Shown here: positions 39,089 to 49,087 of the stretch, piece by piece | Layout of the letters: each line of letters begins with the position of its first letter | How positions within the stretch are numbered: position 1 is the stretch's first letter | Assembly (NCBI GenBank): GCA_963933065.1 | Contig: CAWVUB010000001.1 | Location: forward strand, 1,508-65,507 | From: an uncultured Acidimicrobiaceae bacterium | Lineage (GTDB): Bacteria; Actinomycetota; Acidimicrobiia; Acidimicrobiales; MedAcidi-G1 | Length of the DNA stretch: 64,000 nucleotides | Direction: 5' to 3' | Position numbers and translations under genes: made by a program | The notes under the pieces: generated by a model | Told to the model about the DNA's origin: nothing | Databases searched by the model: none | The model's input: the letters and a program-made list of their open reading frames with translations, nothing else

Positions 39089-40869
39089 TAGGGGGAGATC
39101 CTCGTCGGATCGATGGTGTCAGTGCTTTGTCGGTGCTCCGACGAGGCCTCGCGGCTTCACCCGAGTTGCGGGTTGGGGCTGGCCAGACCGTGCTTATGGC
39201 CATGTCGGTTGCCGGAGGAAAGTTACTGGTCCCCCTTCTGATCCAAGCGGTTATGGACCTCTCTATCACCGTCGACGGAATCCGCTTGGGCCGAGCGGCT
39301 GTCCTTTGTTCCGCGGCAGTAGTTCTGGTGGTAGGAAGCATCTTCCTTGGGAAGGTGACCTACTTTCGGTTGGTTCAGACCGCTGAAAATGTGTTACTCG
39401 GCTTGCGGGTGCGTACTTTCGAACACATACATAAATTGAGTCTGGCCGAGCATTCGTCCTCAAGGAAGGGCGTACTCACTGCCCGAGTGACAAGCGACGT
39501 TGAGACACTCACTCAGTTCGCGCAGTGGGGAGCCGTCGCTTGGGTCATTGACTCAGTCCAGATAGTGACCGTGTTAATTATCATGGTCGTCTACTCATGG
39601 CAGCTCACCTTGGTGGTGCTGTTACTCCACTTACCGTTACTACCCATTTTTCGGTGGATGCAGGCTCGCCAATTGATGGCTTACGAGGAGCTCCGAACCC
39701 GGGTATCGGACACTATGGGTGTGGTGTCCGAGTCGATCCACGGGGTCGAGGTGATTCGTGTGCATGGCCACCGGGAACCCATGCGGCGCCGGGTACACCA
39801 GTCAATCGATGCCCAGTTCGATCAGCAGATGGTTGCTGCTAGGTATTTCTCACTGGTCCTGCCGTTGAGTGACGTTTTCGGAGTGACAGCCATCGCCGCA
39901 GTTATTGGTGCTGGTGTTTGGTGGGGTGAGGCCTGGGGTGTTAGTTCGGGTCAACTTGTGGCTTTCATCTTTCTTTGCAACCTTCTGGTTACGCCGATCA
40001 CTTCGCTAGGCGAGGTGCTCGACCAAACTCAAACCGCGCTGGCTGGCTGGTGGAAGATTCTTGACGTGCTCGACACTGAGGTGGACCTAGTTGATCCGTC
40101 TACGCCAGTGCCGCTGCCGACTGGAGCCCTCGGGGTGAGGGTTGAGACGGTTGAGTTCCGATACCGAACGGGTGGTTTAGTGCTGCAGGGGATCGACGTA
40201 GACCTATCGGCCGGCGCGTCTGTAGCCGTTGTTGGAGAGACCGGCTCAGGCAAGACCACATTTGCCCGTCTGCTGACCCGTCTGGCCGATCCCACAAGTG
40301 GACAGGTCTTGGTGGGTGGGGTGAATCTCAGGGATGTCTCTCCGGCTAGTCGGCGCCGGTCAATCCGGATGGTGCCTCAAGACGGCTTTCTGTTTGACAC
40401 GTCGGTTATAGACAACATCCGGTATGGGCGGGCTGGTGCCAGTGAAGAGAACGCGGTCGCTGCTATCGAAGCTTTGGGGCTGACGGACTGGGTGGGTGGT
40501 CTAGTTGATGGGATCCATACTCGTGTGGGTGAACGCGGCGAGGGACTGTCAGTTGGAGAGCGGCAGTTAGTTGCCCTGGCCCGAGCGCATCTGGCCGATC
40601 CGGGCCTGCTGGTGCTAGACGAGGCCACTTCAGCTGTAGATCCGGAGACCGAGACAACTCTGGAGCGAGCGATGGAACGTCTGGCTGCGGGACGGACCAC
40701 GGTCAGCGTGGCTCATCGATTATCGACTGCAGAACGTTCGGATCTAGTACTGGTGTTTGACAACGGTCGAATCGTCGAGTCCGGACCGCACGCAGAGCTA
40801 GTGGACCAAGGTGGGATCTACGCCGGGTTGCACGCCTCATGGCTGGGTGGAACCCGGCAGATGTTCTGA
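39085..40869 (+). CDS. ABC exporter, fused permease/ATPase subunit (degenerate signature)
   Basis: Walker A GETGSGKTT, signature LSVGERQ, Walker B LVLDEATS. Overlaps the previous gene (TTGA). The pattern fits an asymmetric heterodimeric exporter. Confidence 0.8.
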   Translation: MIGGDPRRIDGVSALSVLRRGLAASPELRVGAGQTVLMAMSVAGGKLLVPLLIQAVMDLSITVDGIRLGRAAVLCSAAVVLVVGSIFLGKVTYFRLVQTAENVLLGLRVRTFEHIHKLSLAEHSSSRKGVLTARVTSDVETLTQFAQWGAVAWVIDSVQIVTVLIIMVVYSWQLTLVVLLLHLPLLPIFRWMQARQLMAYEELRTRVSDTMGVVSESIHGVEVIRVHGHREPMRRRVHQSIDAQFDQQMVAARYFSLVLPLSDVFGVTAIAAVIGAGVWWGEAWGVSSGQLVAFIFLCNLLVTPITSLGEVLDQTQTALAGWWKILDVLDTEVDLVDPSTPVPLPTGALGVRVETVEFRYRTGGLVLQGIDVDLSAGASVAVVGETGSGKTTFARLLTRLADPTSGQVLVGGVNLRDVSPASRRRSIRMVPQDGFLFDTSVIDNIRYGRAGASEENAVAAIEALGLTDWVGGLVDGIHTRVGERGEGLSVGERQLVALARAHLADPGLLVLDEATSAVDPETETTLERAMERLAAGRTTVSVAHRLSTAERSDLVLVFDNGRIVESGPHAELVDQGGIYAGLHASWLGGTRQMF

Positions 40870-40871
40870 CG

Positions 40872-41654
40872 GTGAGCGACTTAGGCGGGATTGACCGGAT
40901 CAATCCGGTATCTGGCCGGTTGGCGACTGAGTGGGATGCGTTAATTGGGGCACTACCGCCGGTGGCTGACCTAATGGAGAGTGGGGGCTGGCCGCCTTCG
41001 GGTCCAATTGTCGTGGTGGCCCCCCATCCTGACGATGAGTTGCTAGCTGCCGGAGCCACGCTGGCTGCGGCTTCTGACGCTGACACAGAGATCCGGATTT
41101 TGGCGGTCACTGACGGAGAGATGTCCCACCCGTACCTTGCTGCCACTGGTCCTCATGGACTCGTCCAGAGACGTCTAGCAGAGACAATCGCTGCATATAA
41201 GGCCGTTGGAATTGTGGCTGACCGTTTGAGACTCTCGCTCCCTGATGGTGGTGCAGCGGGTCTCAATGGTGCCGACTGGGAGGTCCGGTTAGCTGATGCT
41301 CTCAGGTCAGTTGTAGCCGATGCTGCCGTCTGCCTGGCCCCGTGGGCATCGGATGGACATCCGGATCACGACGCGTGTGGGCGGATTGCTAATGAGGTAT
41401 GCGGAGAGGCTGGTGTGCCGATGGTCTCTTTCCCGATTTGGTCTTGGAACTGGGATGACCCGGACGACCCGGTTATCCCGTTCGACCGTGCAGGCCGTTT
41501 CTCGGTGCCAGCTGAGATTCTGCAGCGGAAGCTGGACGGTATCGACGCCTATGTAAGCCAGATCAACCCCGAAGACGGAAATCGGCCCGTCTTGCCGCCC
41601 GGGTTCCTCGCCCACTTCAGTCGTTCCTCGGAGGTATTCCTGAGTCCCTCTTGA
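40872..41654 (+). CDS. PIG-L/LmbE-family deacetylase
   Basis: VVVAPHPDDELLAAG and later DGHPDHDA motifs. GTG 40872 is preferred as the start, just after the ABC gene stop; the ORF opens at 40839. Confidence 0.65.
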   Translation: MSDLGGIDRINPVSGRLATEWDALIGALPPVADLMESGGWPPSGPIVVVAPHPDDELLAAGATLAAASDADTEIRILAVTDGEMSHPYLAATGPHGLVQRRLAETIAAYKAVGIVADRLRLSLPDGGAAGLNGADWEVRLADALRSVVADAAVCLAPWASDGHPDHDACGRIANEVCGEAGVPMVSFPIWSWNWDDPDDPVIPFDRAGRFSVPAEILQRKLDGIDAYVSQINPEDGNRPVLPPGFLAHFSRSSEVFLSPS

Positions 41655-41768
41655 AGATTTTCCACACGTCGTAACCTGAGCCGTGTGTCACTTCTGCAGG
41701 GTGGGTCCGAATTGGGAAGCAATCGGTAGTCTCCGAATACCATTCAGCCCAGTTGTCAGGAGCCCACC

Positions 41769-42761
41769 GTGAGCGCCACCCCTGTTCGAGTTGCCGTCAC
41801 TGGCGCCGCAGGCCAGATCGGCTACAGCCTTGTATTTCGGATAGCCAGTGGAGCCCTTTTGGGTCCCGACCAACCAGTTGTCCTGCAGTTACTGGAGATC
41901 CCTCCGGCTATGGGTGCGCTAGAGGGTGTTGCCATGGAACTTGATGACTGCGCCTTTCCAATGTTGGCCGACATGGTGTTGAGCGACAATCCAGACACAG
42001 CGTTTAAGGATGCTGAGATTGCACTATTGGTTGGATCTCGCCCACGCACGGCGGGTATGGAACGCCAAGATCTACTTGAAGCCAACGGTGCTATTTTCAC
42101 CGTGCAGGGGCGGTCACTTAACGACCACGCATCCGAGGATCTGAAGGTTCTAGTGGTTGGAAACCCGGCTAATACGAACTGTCTAATTGCCATGAACAGT
42201 GCCCCAGACGTCCCAACTGACCGCTTCACCGCAATGATGCGCCTCGATCACAATCGGGCCATGTCTCAGGTAGCTCAGAAGGTTGGTTGCCCGGTGAGTG
42301 AGGTCTCTCGTATGACTATTTGGGGAAACCACTCGGCTACCCAGTACCCCGATTTGTTCCACTGCGAAGTACGGGGTGAGTCTGCGGCGACTGTGATTGA
42401 CGATCAAGAATGGTTGGAAGGGGAGTTCATTCCTAAGGTGCAGCAGCGTGGTGCCGCAATTATTGGAGCGCGTGGTGCATCGAGTGCGGCCTCGGCGGCA
42501 AACGCCGCTATTGAGCATGTCCGGGACTGGGTCGTGGGAACCCGTGATGGAGACTGGGTGAGCATGGGCGTGCCGTCTGACGGTAGTTACGGCGTGCCCG
42601 AGGGGCTTCTATGTGGATTCCCCACCATGTGTGTCGATGGAAGGTGGTCCGTTGTGGAGGGTCTCGAACTAGATGATTTTTCTCGAGATCGCATCGATAT
42701 CTCAGTGGCAGAACTGAATGCTGAGCGTGAGATGGTCCAGAGCCTCGGCCTTATTAAGTAA
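41769..42761 (+). CDS. mdh: Malate dehydrogenase
   Basis: [29 protein letters not shown] and IWGNHS motifs. AGGAG RBS before the GTG start. Confidence 0.92.
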   Translation: MSATPVRVAVTGAAGQIGYSLVFRIASGALLGPDQPVVLQLLEIPPAMGALEGVAMELDDCAFPMLADMVLSDNPDTAFKDAEIALLVGSRPRTAGMERQDLLEANGAIFTVQGRSLNDHASEDLKVLVVGNPANTNCLIAMNSAPDVPTDRFTAMMRLDHNRAMSQVAQKVGCPVSEVSRMTIWGNHSATQYPDLFHCEVRGESAATVIDDQEWLEGEFIPKVQQRGAAIIGARGASSAASAANAAIEHVRDWVVGTRDGDWVSMGVPSDGSYGVPEGLLCGFPTMCVDGRWSVVEGLELDDFSRDRIDISVAELNAEREMVQSLGLIK

Positions 42762-42807
42762 CGCTTCGAGGAAGTAACGGCTGTGTCGGTTTGGCTGATG
42801 CCGTGAG

Positions 42808-43155
42808 TTAGTCAGAGGCCAGAAGGTCGCCAAGGTCTTCGAGTAGATTTTTCGCTGCGACAAGCTTGCGTGGATCACCTTGCAGGATTAGATCTCCGTC
42901 GATAACCGCCTTCAGTGGATCCAACGAACCATTCGCCATGGCCAGAGCGGTGGATCTTTGGGTGTGAAACGAAACGTCGGGTGTCTGGGCTGGGCCAAAT
43001 TGGACCTGTACCGTTCCGTTTGCTACCACTAGATGCCATGTTGGGCCGTCAACTACTTGGTACTCCAGCACAAGGGCTATTCCCTCAGCCACAAAGCGTC
43101 CGTGGGCGGCTTCGGCAAGCGCCTCTATCCATTCCTTGGTAAGCGGTTGGGCCAT
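42808..43155 (-). CDS. SCP2 sterol-carrier-like domain protein
   Basis: 115 aa. The GSLDPLKAVIDGDLILQGDPRKL pattern is typical of an SCP2 fold. Confidence 0.6.
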   Translation of the reverse strand: MAQPLTKEWIEALAEAAHGRFVAEGIALVLEYQVVDGPTWHLVVANGTVQVQFGPAQTPDVSFHTQRSTALAMANGSLDPLKAVIDGDLILQGDPRKLVAAKNLLEDLGDLLASD

Positions 43156-43198
43156 CTACGGGAGCCTAAGGGTGGAGCGCAGACCCTGGGGGGTGAGC

Positions 43199-43624
43199 AT
43201 GGTCTTATCGTGTCATCACGACTACGGTCCCGTGTCAATGAGAGAGACAGATGAAGTGGGACGCGGACAGAAGACCTACGACTTCGGAACTGTGCGAGGT
43301 CGGTGGCTTCGTCTTGAGGGTCCGGACGACGTTTTGGCCCTTATGGATGCTGAGGGTTCAGATGCTGGAGCTCAAGGTGTTATCGCTGTGGTCCGTGATG
43401 CCGGGGCCACATTTCTAGGTCCGATATTTGCCGATTTGGCAGGCGTGGTTTGCACGGGTGGCACCATCCGCAGCCATATCGGAATCATTAGCCGGGAGTA
43501 TCGAATCCCTGGGTTGATTGCCATGGAGTTCACCGCCCCGGACGCCTCCGAGCCATCGGACGGGACCTTGGTAGAGATGGACGCTTCTGGCGGAGATGGC
43601 GTGTTACGTCTGCTGACACCGTGA
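43199..43624 (+). CDS. Stand-alone PEP-utilising-enzyme mobile (phosphohistidine swivel) domain protein
   Basis: GVVCTGGTIRSHIGIISREYRIPGLIA matches the GG-x-x-SH-x-AI-x-ARE-x-GIP swivel motif (His codon at 43475-43477). Start uncertain (43136/43199/43238). Confidence 0.7.
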   Translation: MVLSCHHDYGPVSMRETDEVGRGQKTYDFGTVRGRWLRLEGPDDVLALMDAEGSDAGAQGVIAVVRDAGATFLGPIFADLAGVVCTGGTIRSHIGIISREYRIPGLIAMEFTAPDASEPSDGTLVEMDASGGDGVLRLLTP

Positions 43625-44766
43625 GTACCTCGGAGACCGACCCTTTAGTTCGCGATCGGGTCAACGGGTGGATCGGCGCCATCAACCCGATCACTCGTCG
43701 CCTGGTTAACGAGCGCACGGCTTACGAATCCCAACTCATTCCAGTGAGTCAGTACGTGGCCGTATCGTGCATTGAGGCTTTCTTGCGCTATCCCGAGGCC
43801 ATCGAAGTCATCACCGCCGCCCGATCGCCGGCCGATATTGGGGCAATGGCCCGTCGGCCAAGTTGTCAAGCCAACTCTGTTTTCTTGTGGGGTGTGGCCA
43901 ATTTTTTCTTAATCGGTCGAAACGTTATGAATATGGTCGACCCGTCGATTGACGCCGGAGCGGTGGGTCTGGCCCGGGCCGAGACCGTGTTGGAATTCTG
44001 GGCTCAGACCTCGATGTCCTACCGAGGAGGCAGCCATCTCCACGCGGGTGAGGTTGGCGACCGCAATGACGTGCTGGGTGCTGATTTGGTCGAAACCCTG
44101 GTTGCTGGTGTCACGCCAGTCGATGATCGACGTCAAGAACGGATCCGTCGGGCTAACGCCACCATCATCAATCACCTCTTCCTGCTTTACTTCGATACGC
44201 GCGTGGGCCATGGCGATACTGGTCCTTACCAGTTGGGAGATGGTCGCACTCTGGTAGTGCGCGACTACTTTCGCTTGGGTCGAAGTGACTTTGCCTGGTC
44301 CAACGTGGCAGCCGATGTGCCATTCGTCAACCTGACAGCAGCCTTCGTGTTGGGTGATGGAGTCGAGATATCAATTACTGACTATGGAACCACGGTGTCT
44401 TCCCCGGAGGACTACCTCGAGCATCTAGTGGGATTCGGTCTGTGGAGCACTGACGGTGTAGCACCGGGCGGTGCGCCACGGCTGCTAGATGATGACGATA
44501 TGGATCGGGTGGCCATGGCCTGTCGAGCAGCCCAGAAGCGGCATTACCGAGATATTGTCGCTATGACCCGTGATCAGCGGATTTCCTGTGGGGCCTACGT
44601 CTACTTCACCTTCCTGCGCCCGTTTGCCGAACTGGCTGGTGTGACTAACGAGATTGACTGGGCGTGTCCGCGTGACACTCCAGACGAGTTGTACCAACTA
44701 GTCACGGTTGAAGGTGACCCGCCGGAACAGGATTCCGATGCCGCACCCTTTGCTCTCTACAGCTGA
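43621..44766 (+). CDS. Hypothetical protein (381 aa), translationally coupled to the swivel-domain gene
   Basis: The GTG start overlaps the upstream stop (GTGA). Coding-like composition, but no motif I recognise. Confidence 0.45.
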   Translation: MSTSETDPLVRDRVNGWIGAINPITRRLVNERTAYESQLIPVSQYVAVSCIEAFLRYPEAIEVITAARSPADIGAMARRPSCQANSVFLWGVANFFLIGRNVMNMVDPSIDAGAVGLARAETVLEFWAQTSMSYRGGSHLHAGEVGDRNDVLGADLVETLVAGVTPVDDRRQERIRRANATIINHLFLLYFDTRVGHGDTGPYQLGDGRTLVVRDYFRLGRSDFAWSNVAADVPFVNLTAAFVLGDGVEISITDYGTTVSSPEDYLEHLVGFGLWSTDGVAPGGAPRLLDDDDMDRVAMACRAAQKRHYRDIVAMTRDQRISCGAYVYFTFLRPFAELAGVTNEIDWACPRDTPDELYQLVTVEGDPPEQDSDAAPFALYS

Positions 44767-44771
44767 GCGCG

Positions 44772-45509
44772 GTGTTAGATCATGGGGTTTCCCACTGTTT
44801 GGCCTGGTGGGCAGAAGATGGGCTGATGGCTGGGCTGCTGAATCTCCAGGTGCGCAGCGGCTCGGTTGATGTACGACCGGCCCGATTTGAATTCGGGTTG
44901 GTGGAAGTGGCAGAGCCGTCAGTGCTGATTGTTGATCATGATGTGCTGCCGCCACGTGGTGGTGGACTGGAAATTCGAGCATCAGGTCTCTGGGCTGAGG
45001 TGGTAGTTGAAGAGCCACCCAGTGGTGAACGGGGGCATGTGGGAGTAGGACTGGAGGCGTTTGGGGTGGCTCTCGACGATCCAGAGGATGCTTGGAGAGG
45101 TGGTCCTGACCACCAGTTTCGTGGTGTACGAACCCCGGTGGGCCTAGATCTTGGTGGGGAGTCGATAGGTGCGCCTGTTGAGGGCCAATGGGGCGTAGGT
45201 GTGCCCTGTCGGGTCGTTGGTGAAGTGCTGACTGCTGACCGGGTGGTCGACCTTGATGGTTGGGGCTGGTGGCTTGTAGGAGAGTGTGATTCGGTTGCAG
45301 CAACTGCGTTGGTGCGCCTCGATGATGGGACTTGGGACCCGCCGGATGTTGAACCAACCAGTTGGCAGATCGACAACTTGGTCGGTCGATTCCCGATTCT
45401 TAGGAGTGGTTCAGGAGGTGTGGTGAGGAAGATCGACCGTCGGTTCGGCACTGTTGTTCATGTAGACGGGCGTCGCGGGCTCGGCTGGATTGAGGAGCGT
45501 TTGTCCTAG
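44772..45509 (+). CDS. Hypothetical protein (245 aa)
   Basis: Starts 5 nt after the previous gene. Gly/Trp/Val-rich, probably beta-rich. No recognised motif. Confidence 0.4.
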   Translation: MLDHGVSHCLAWWAEDGLMAGLLNLQVRSGSVDVRPARFEFGLVEVAEPSVLIVDHDVLPPRGGGLEIRASGLWAEVVVEEPPSGERGHVGVGLEAFGVALDDPEDAWRGGPDHQFRGVRTPVGLDLGGESIGAPVEGQWGVGVPCRVVGEVLTADRVVDLDGWGWWLVGECDSVAATALVRLDDGTWDPPDVEPTSWQIDNLVGRFPILRSGSGGVVRKIDRRFGTVVHVDGRRGLGWIEERLS

Positions 45510-46438
45510 TTGGCGTCTCTGTTGATTAGAGAACGTTGTCGAACCAGGCGCTCGACGCTAAGAACTACGACCACCATGCTGGCAGCTAGCAGGGTCGGTA
45601 CCACCAGACCACTGGCGGCATCGGGCCAGCCGACGGAAGTACCTTCCATGGACTCTTCGACATGGCGGCCGGCGACTCCAACACCGTTGGGCCAGGGCCA
45701 TAACACCCGTACCGATCCAAGCAGTAGTCCCACCATGGCGGCCAGCACCTCGTCTGGATGATCAGCCAAAAGTCGGGCCAGCAGTGTCGAGAAGCAGACC
45801 AGACCGACCAAGGCGCCACCCCCGAAGATTGCAGCTTCGATTATCATCCGATCATCGACTATGTCGAGCATCGCGGTGTACATGCCCAGCATGAGTAGAA
45901 GAAACGAGCCGGAGATTCCTGGTAGGACCATTGCGCAAATAGCTATGGCACCTGACGCGAACAGCGCCGCTGCGGATGGCTCATCCAAGGGCGCGCTCTG
46001 CCAGCCCAACGCTACGAATAGGGCCATGCCGATGGCGCCAGCGATGGTGACACGACGTGCAGTCCAATTTACGTCCTTCTGGACGACTATTACTGAAGCG
46101 CCCACTAAACCCATGAAGAGTCCAGCCATTGGTTCAGGATGCTCCACGAGGGCGTTTTCGATCACACTGGCGAGCAGCACTACGGCGGCAAGGAGTCCTA
46201 TCAGCAGTGGGATGAGGAATCCCCAGTCGATGCGGGTGAACTGACGGACTGCTCCACGGAGATCGCCTCTGATGAGGCGGCGGATGGCCTTCCCACCATT
46301 GTCGATATTGACGATGAGACGGTTGTAGATACCAGTAAGTAGGGCAACTGTGCCGCCGGAGACACCGGGAACCAGATCGGCGGCACCCATAGCTGCACCC
46401 CGACCAACTAGTCCCACGGTTTTTCGCAGGCTGGTCAT
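45506..46438 (-). CDS. DUF368-family membrane protein (family implicated in undecaprenyl-phosphate recycling)
   Basis: LVPGVSGGTVALLTGIY near the N-terminus with a second LPGISGSFLLLMLGMY repeat. Polytopic. Confidence 0.75.
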   Translation of the reverse strand: MTSLRKTVGLVGRGAAMGAADLVPGVSGGTVALLTGIYNRLIVNIDNGGKAIRRLIRGDLRGAVRQFTRIDWGFLIPLLIGLLAAVVLLASVIENALVEHPEPMAGLFMGLVGASVIVVQKDVNWTARRVTIAGAIGMALFVALGWQSAPLDEPSAAALFASGAIAICAMVLPGISGSFLLLMLGMYTAMLDIVDDRMIIEAAIFGGGALVGLVCFSTLLARLLADHPDEVLAAMVGLLLGSVRVLWPWPNGVGVAGRHVEESMEGTSVGWPDAASGLVVPTLLAASMVVVVLSVERLVRQRSLINRDAN

Positions 46439-46468
46439 TTCGTTATCCAGTCCATGTCACCTTCAAGG

Positions 46469-46945
46469 TCATTTAGGGTCCACCGCGGCCAGGTCTGAGG
46501 CCAAGTAGGGGCTAAGGCGATCAATCATCGAAGCAGGAAATCGGGTCGGTCGGCCGTTAGTTCCGGTAACCGCAGCTACAACGTCTTGGGTGGCTAATAC
46601 TTGGTTGGCTCCAGACTCGGTATCTAGGCGTAAAATTCGCTGTCCCCATAGCGACGATGCCCGGCGGATTTCTAGAACTTCGGTCTCTACGATAAGCGCG
46701 TCCCCACCCACAGCAGAGGCTAAGAATTTTGTGGAGATCTGACTGACTACGAAGCGGAAGCCCGCACTCTCCAGATCATGAAGCCCTAGTCCGGCCTCCT
46801 CGAGTAGTTCGATTCGTCCGGTCTCGAACAACTGGACGTAGACGCTGTGGTTGAGGTGGCCGTAAGGATCTAGTTCGTAGAAACGGACTTTGACGGGATG
46901 GAGGTGGGGCACATCGTCGACGCTAGCCCCACCCCCGAAGGCCAC
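46469..46945 (-). CDS. Acyl-CoA thioesterase, 4HBT/YbgC-like hotdog fold
   Basis: VRFYELDPYGHLNHSVYVQLFETGR motif. Start moved to GTG 46945 (AGGG RBS 5 nt upstream); the ORF opens at 47023. Confidence 0.7.
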   Translation of the reverse strand: MAFGGGASVDDVPHLHPVKVRFYELDPYGHLNHSVYVQLFETGRIELLEEAGLGLHDLESAGFRFVVSQISTKFLASAVGGDALIVETEVLEIRRASSLWGQRILRLDTESGANQVLATQDVVAAVTGTNGRPTRFPASMIDRLSPYLASDLAAVDPK

Positions 46946-46961
46946 GGGTACCCTCGGCGCC

Positions 46962-47825
46962 GTGGTAAAGCAAACTCCTTTCACCGTCGAGATTTTCTCA
47001 GAGTGCTTTGAGGCATCAGCCACAGATAAGACTCACACTGATTCCCTGCCGGTGCTCTTGGTTTCAGGGGCCGACGCCCAATGCACACAATGGGTGCCGG
47101 CACTTATCGAGCCACTGCAGGCGCTCGGTCACCAAGTGGTTCGCTATGACCACCGGGATAGCGGTCTATCCACGAAGGTGCCAGCCGATGTCTTCTACAC
47201 GTTAGATGACCTAGCCGACGACGCGTTAACTGTGATGAAGACTTACGGGATACAGCGCGCTCACATCATCGGGCGATCAATGGGTGGCATGGTTGGCCAA
47301 CTTTTAGCCCTTAACCACCCTGACTGTGTTGCCACGCTCACCCTGGTTTGCTCAACTCCTGGATTAGGTGATGAGCGCCTCCCGATGGCTGCCGACTGGC
47401 TTTTGGAGCTTATGACCGAAAGGCTGTTTGCCGGGCCGCCACTGTCTGATGTTGACCGTGCGGCCTGGATAGTGGAACAAGATGAGTGGTTCGCAGGGCC
47501 CCGTTTTGTTGAGCGAACTGAGTTGCGGATCCGTAAGGCATTAGACGAAGTGGCCCGGTCCTGGTATCCGGAGTCAGGTCACGGAGCGGCGGTGGGTGCT
47601 TCACCGTCGCGTCTAGATCGTTTAGATGAGATCACAGCACCCACTCTCGTTGTGCACGGCACAGTTGATCCGGTGTTCAGTGTTGAGCACGCTCTGGCAC
47701 TGGCCGAGGGCATCTCAGGCGCCGAGCTTTGGCTGGTTGATGAACTTGGCCACGAACTGCCTGACAGCCTGCTACCAGAATTAGTTGAGCGACTGCGCCG
47801 ACATTTTTCACAGCCCCCTAACTAG
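46962..47825 (+). CDS. Alpha/beta-fold hydrolase
   Basis: PVLLVSGA, nucleophile elbow GRSMGG and a C-terminal His region (ELGHELP). Start uncertain (GTG 46962 chosen; the ORF opens at 46890). Confidence 0.7.
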   Translation: MVKQTPFTVEIFSECFEASATDKTHTDSLPVLLVSGADAQCTQWVPALIEPLQALGHQVVRYDHRDSGLSTKVPADVFYTLDDLADDALTVMKTYGIQRAHIIGRSMGGMVGQLLALNHPDCVATLTLVCSTPGLGDERLPMAADWLLELMTERLFAGPPLSDVDRAAWIVEQDEWFAGPRFVERTELRIRKALDEVARSWYPESGHGAAVGASPSRLDRLDEITAPTLVVHGTVDPVFSVEHALALAEGISGAELWLVDELGHELPDSLLPELVERLRRHFSQPPN

Positions 47826-48278
47826 CGGTGAATCCGGGAAGTGACTGTGTCTCACATCCAAGGGCGACAGTGTTGGCGGGTTTGTTTTTGGGCCACCACC
47901 TATCGGGGTTCTCCCCCGGCCGGCATGTCTCTACTTCTGGAAGATCGGTTGGGCGAACTCGTTAATTAGGACTTGGAGTTGCCTATCAGGCCCCGAGCCG
48001 GAAGCTGATCACCTAATTCTCTGATCAGGATTAACGGTGAGACAGTTGCTTTGGAACGCGAGCAAGTTTCCTTCCCGCCAAAGTTAATTATGGTTGGCCG
48101 CTTCAATAACTTGCTCTCACGAGCACCCGTAGTTTGATTTAGTTGAACGTGGGGTGATCGCATAATCGAACTCCAGTCAAAGGGTTGTGCTGAAGGAGAC
48201 TCGTGTCAGCGAGTCAGGGCGTCCCGATTTGCGATGGGTTAGTTGCAGTTACCACTATTCAGGCAGCGAAAATCTGGA

Positions 48279-49061
48279 CTAGTGCTGTCCGGCTAACGCT
48301 CGATTCTTTATCTTTGCCTTCATATAGTCCCGGTTCATGAATGCAATGAAATCCAGTGAGATCTCCTTTGGGCACGCCGCAGAGCATTCACCATGGTTGG
48401 TGCATGAGCCGAAGAACTCTTCCATGGTCTCGACCATGGTTTCGGTCCGACTCCACCGTTCAGCCTGACCTTGAGGCAGGAGTCCAAGGTGGCCGATCTT
48501 GGCCGATGTGAATAATTGGGCAGCGGAGTTAGGGCAGGCCGCTACACAGGCACCACACCCGATGCACGCCGCAGCATCGAACGCCATGTCGGCAGCCGCT
48601 TTGGGCACCGGGGTGAGATTGGCTTCGGACGCAGCACCAGTATTGACCGAGATGTAGCCTCCGGATTCGATGATGCGGTCCAGCGGCGAGCGGTCTACGG
48701 CTAAATCCCGAATTACCGGGAAGCCGGCGGCTCGGAACGGCTCAACGACAATCTGATCTCCGTCATTGAACTCTCTCATATGTAGTTGGCATGTGGCCGT
48801 GGCCTTCTGTGGCCCGTGAGCTCGACCGTTTATCATCACACCACAAGTGCCACAAATACCCTCTCGGCAGTCGCTCTCGAAGGCCAACGGTTCAGTGCCA
48901 ACCTCGTTGAGTTGCTCGTTGAGCTGATCAAGCATCTCTAGGAATGAGGCGTCTGTGCTGATGGTTTGTTGGTGGACTTCGAACCCCCCAGTGTCAGTTG
49001 GGCCGTCTTGGCGCCATACCTTCAGGGTTACGTTGATGGTCTCGCCATGTCCAGAACTCAT
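48279..49061 (-). CDS. sdhB: Succinate dehydrogenase/fumarate reductase iron-sulfur subunit
   Basis: CREGICGTC, CIGCGACVAACP and CTNHGECSAACP cluster motifs. Confidence 0.9.
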   Translation of the reverse strand: MSSGHGETINVTLKVWRQDGPTDTGGFEVHQQTISTDASFLEMLDQLNEQLNEVGTEPLAFESDCREGICGTCGVMINGRAHGPQKATATCQLHMREFNDGDQIVVEPFRAAGFPVIRDLAVDRSPLDRIIESGGYISVNTGAASEANLTPVPKAAADMAFDAAACIGCGACVAACPNSAAQLFTSAKIGHLGLLPQGQAERWSRTETMVETMEEFFGSCTNHGECSAACPKEISLDFIAFMNRDYMKAKIKNRALAGQH

Positions 49062-49087
49062 GTCGAACCTCTCCTTCTAGCCTGCGT

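Noticed and set aside
47966-48163. 65-aa minus-strand ORF in the convergent spacer between the hydrolase gene and sdhB.
   Set aside because: No RBS, no motif, atypical composition. It is treated as non-coding; the spacer itself is reported as a finding.
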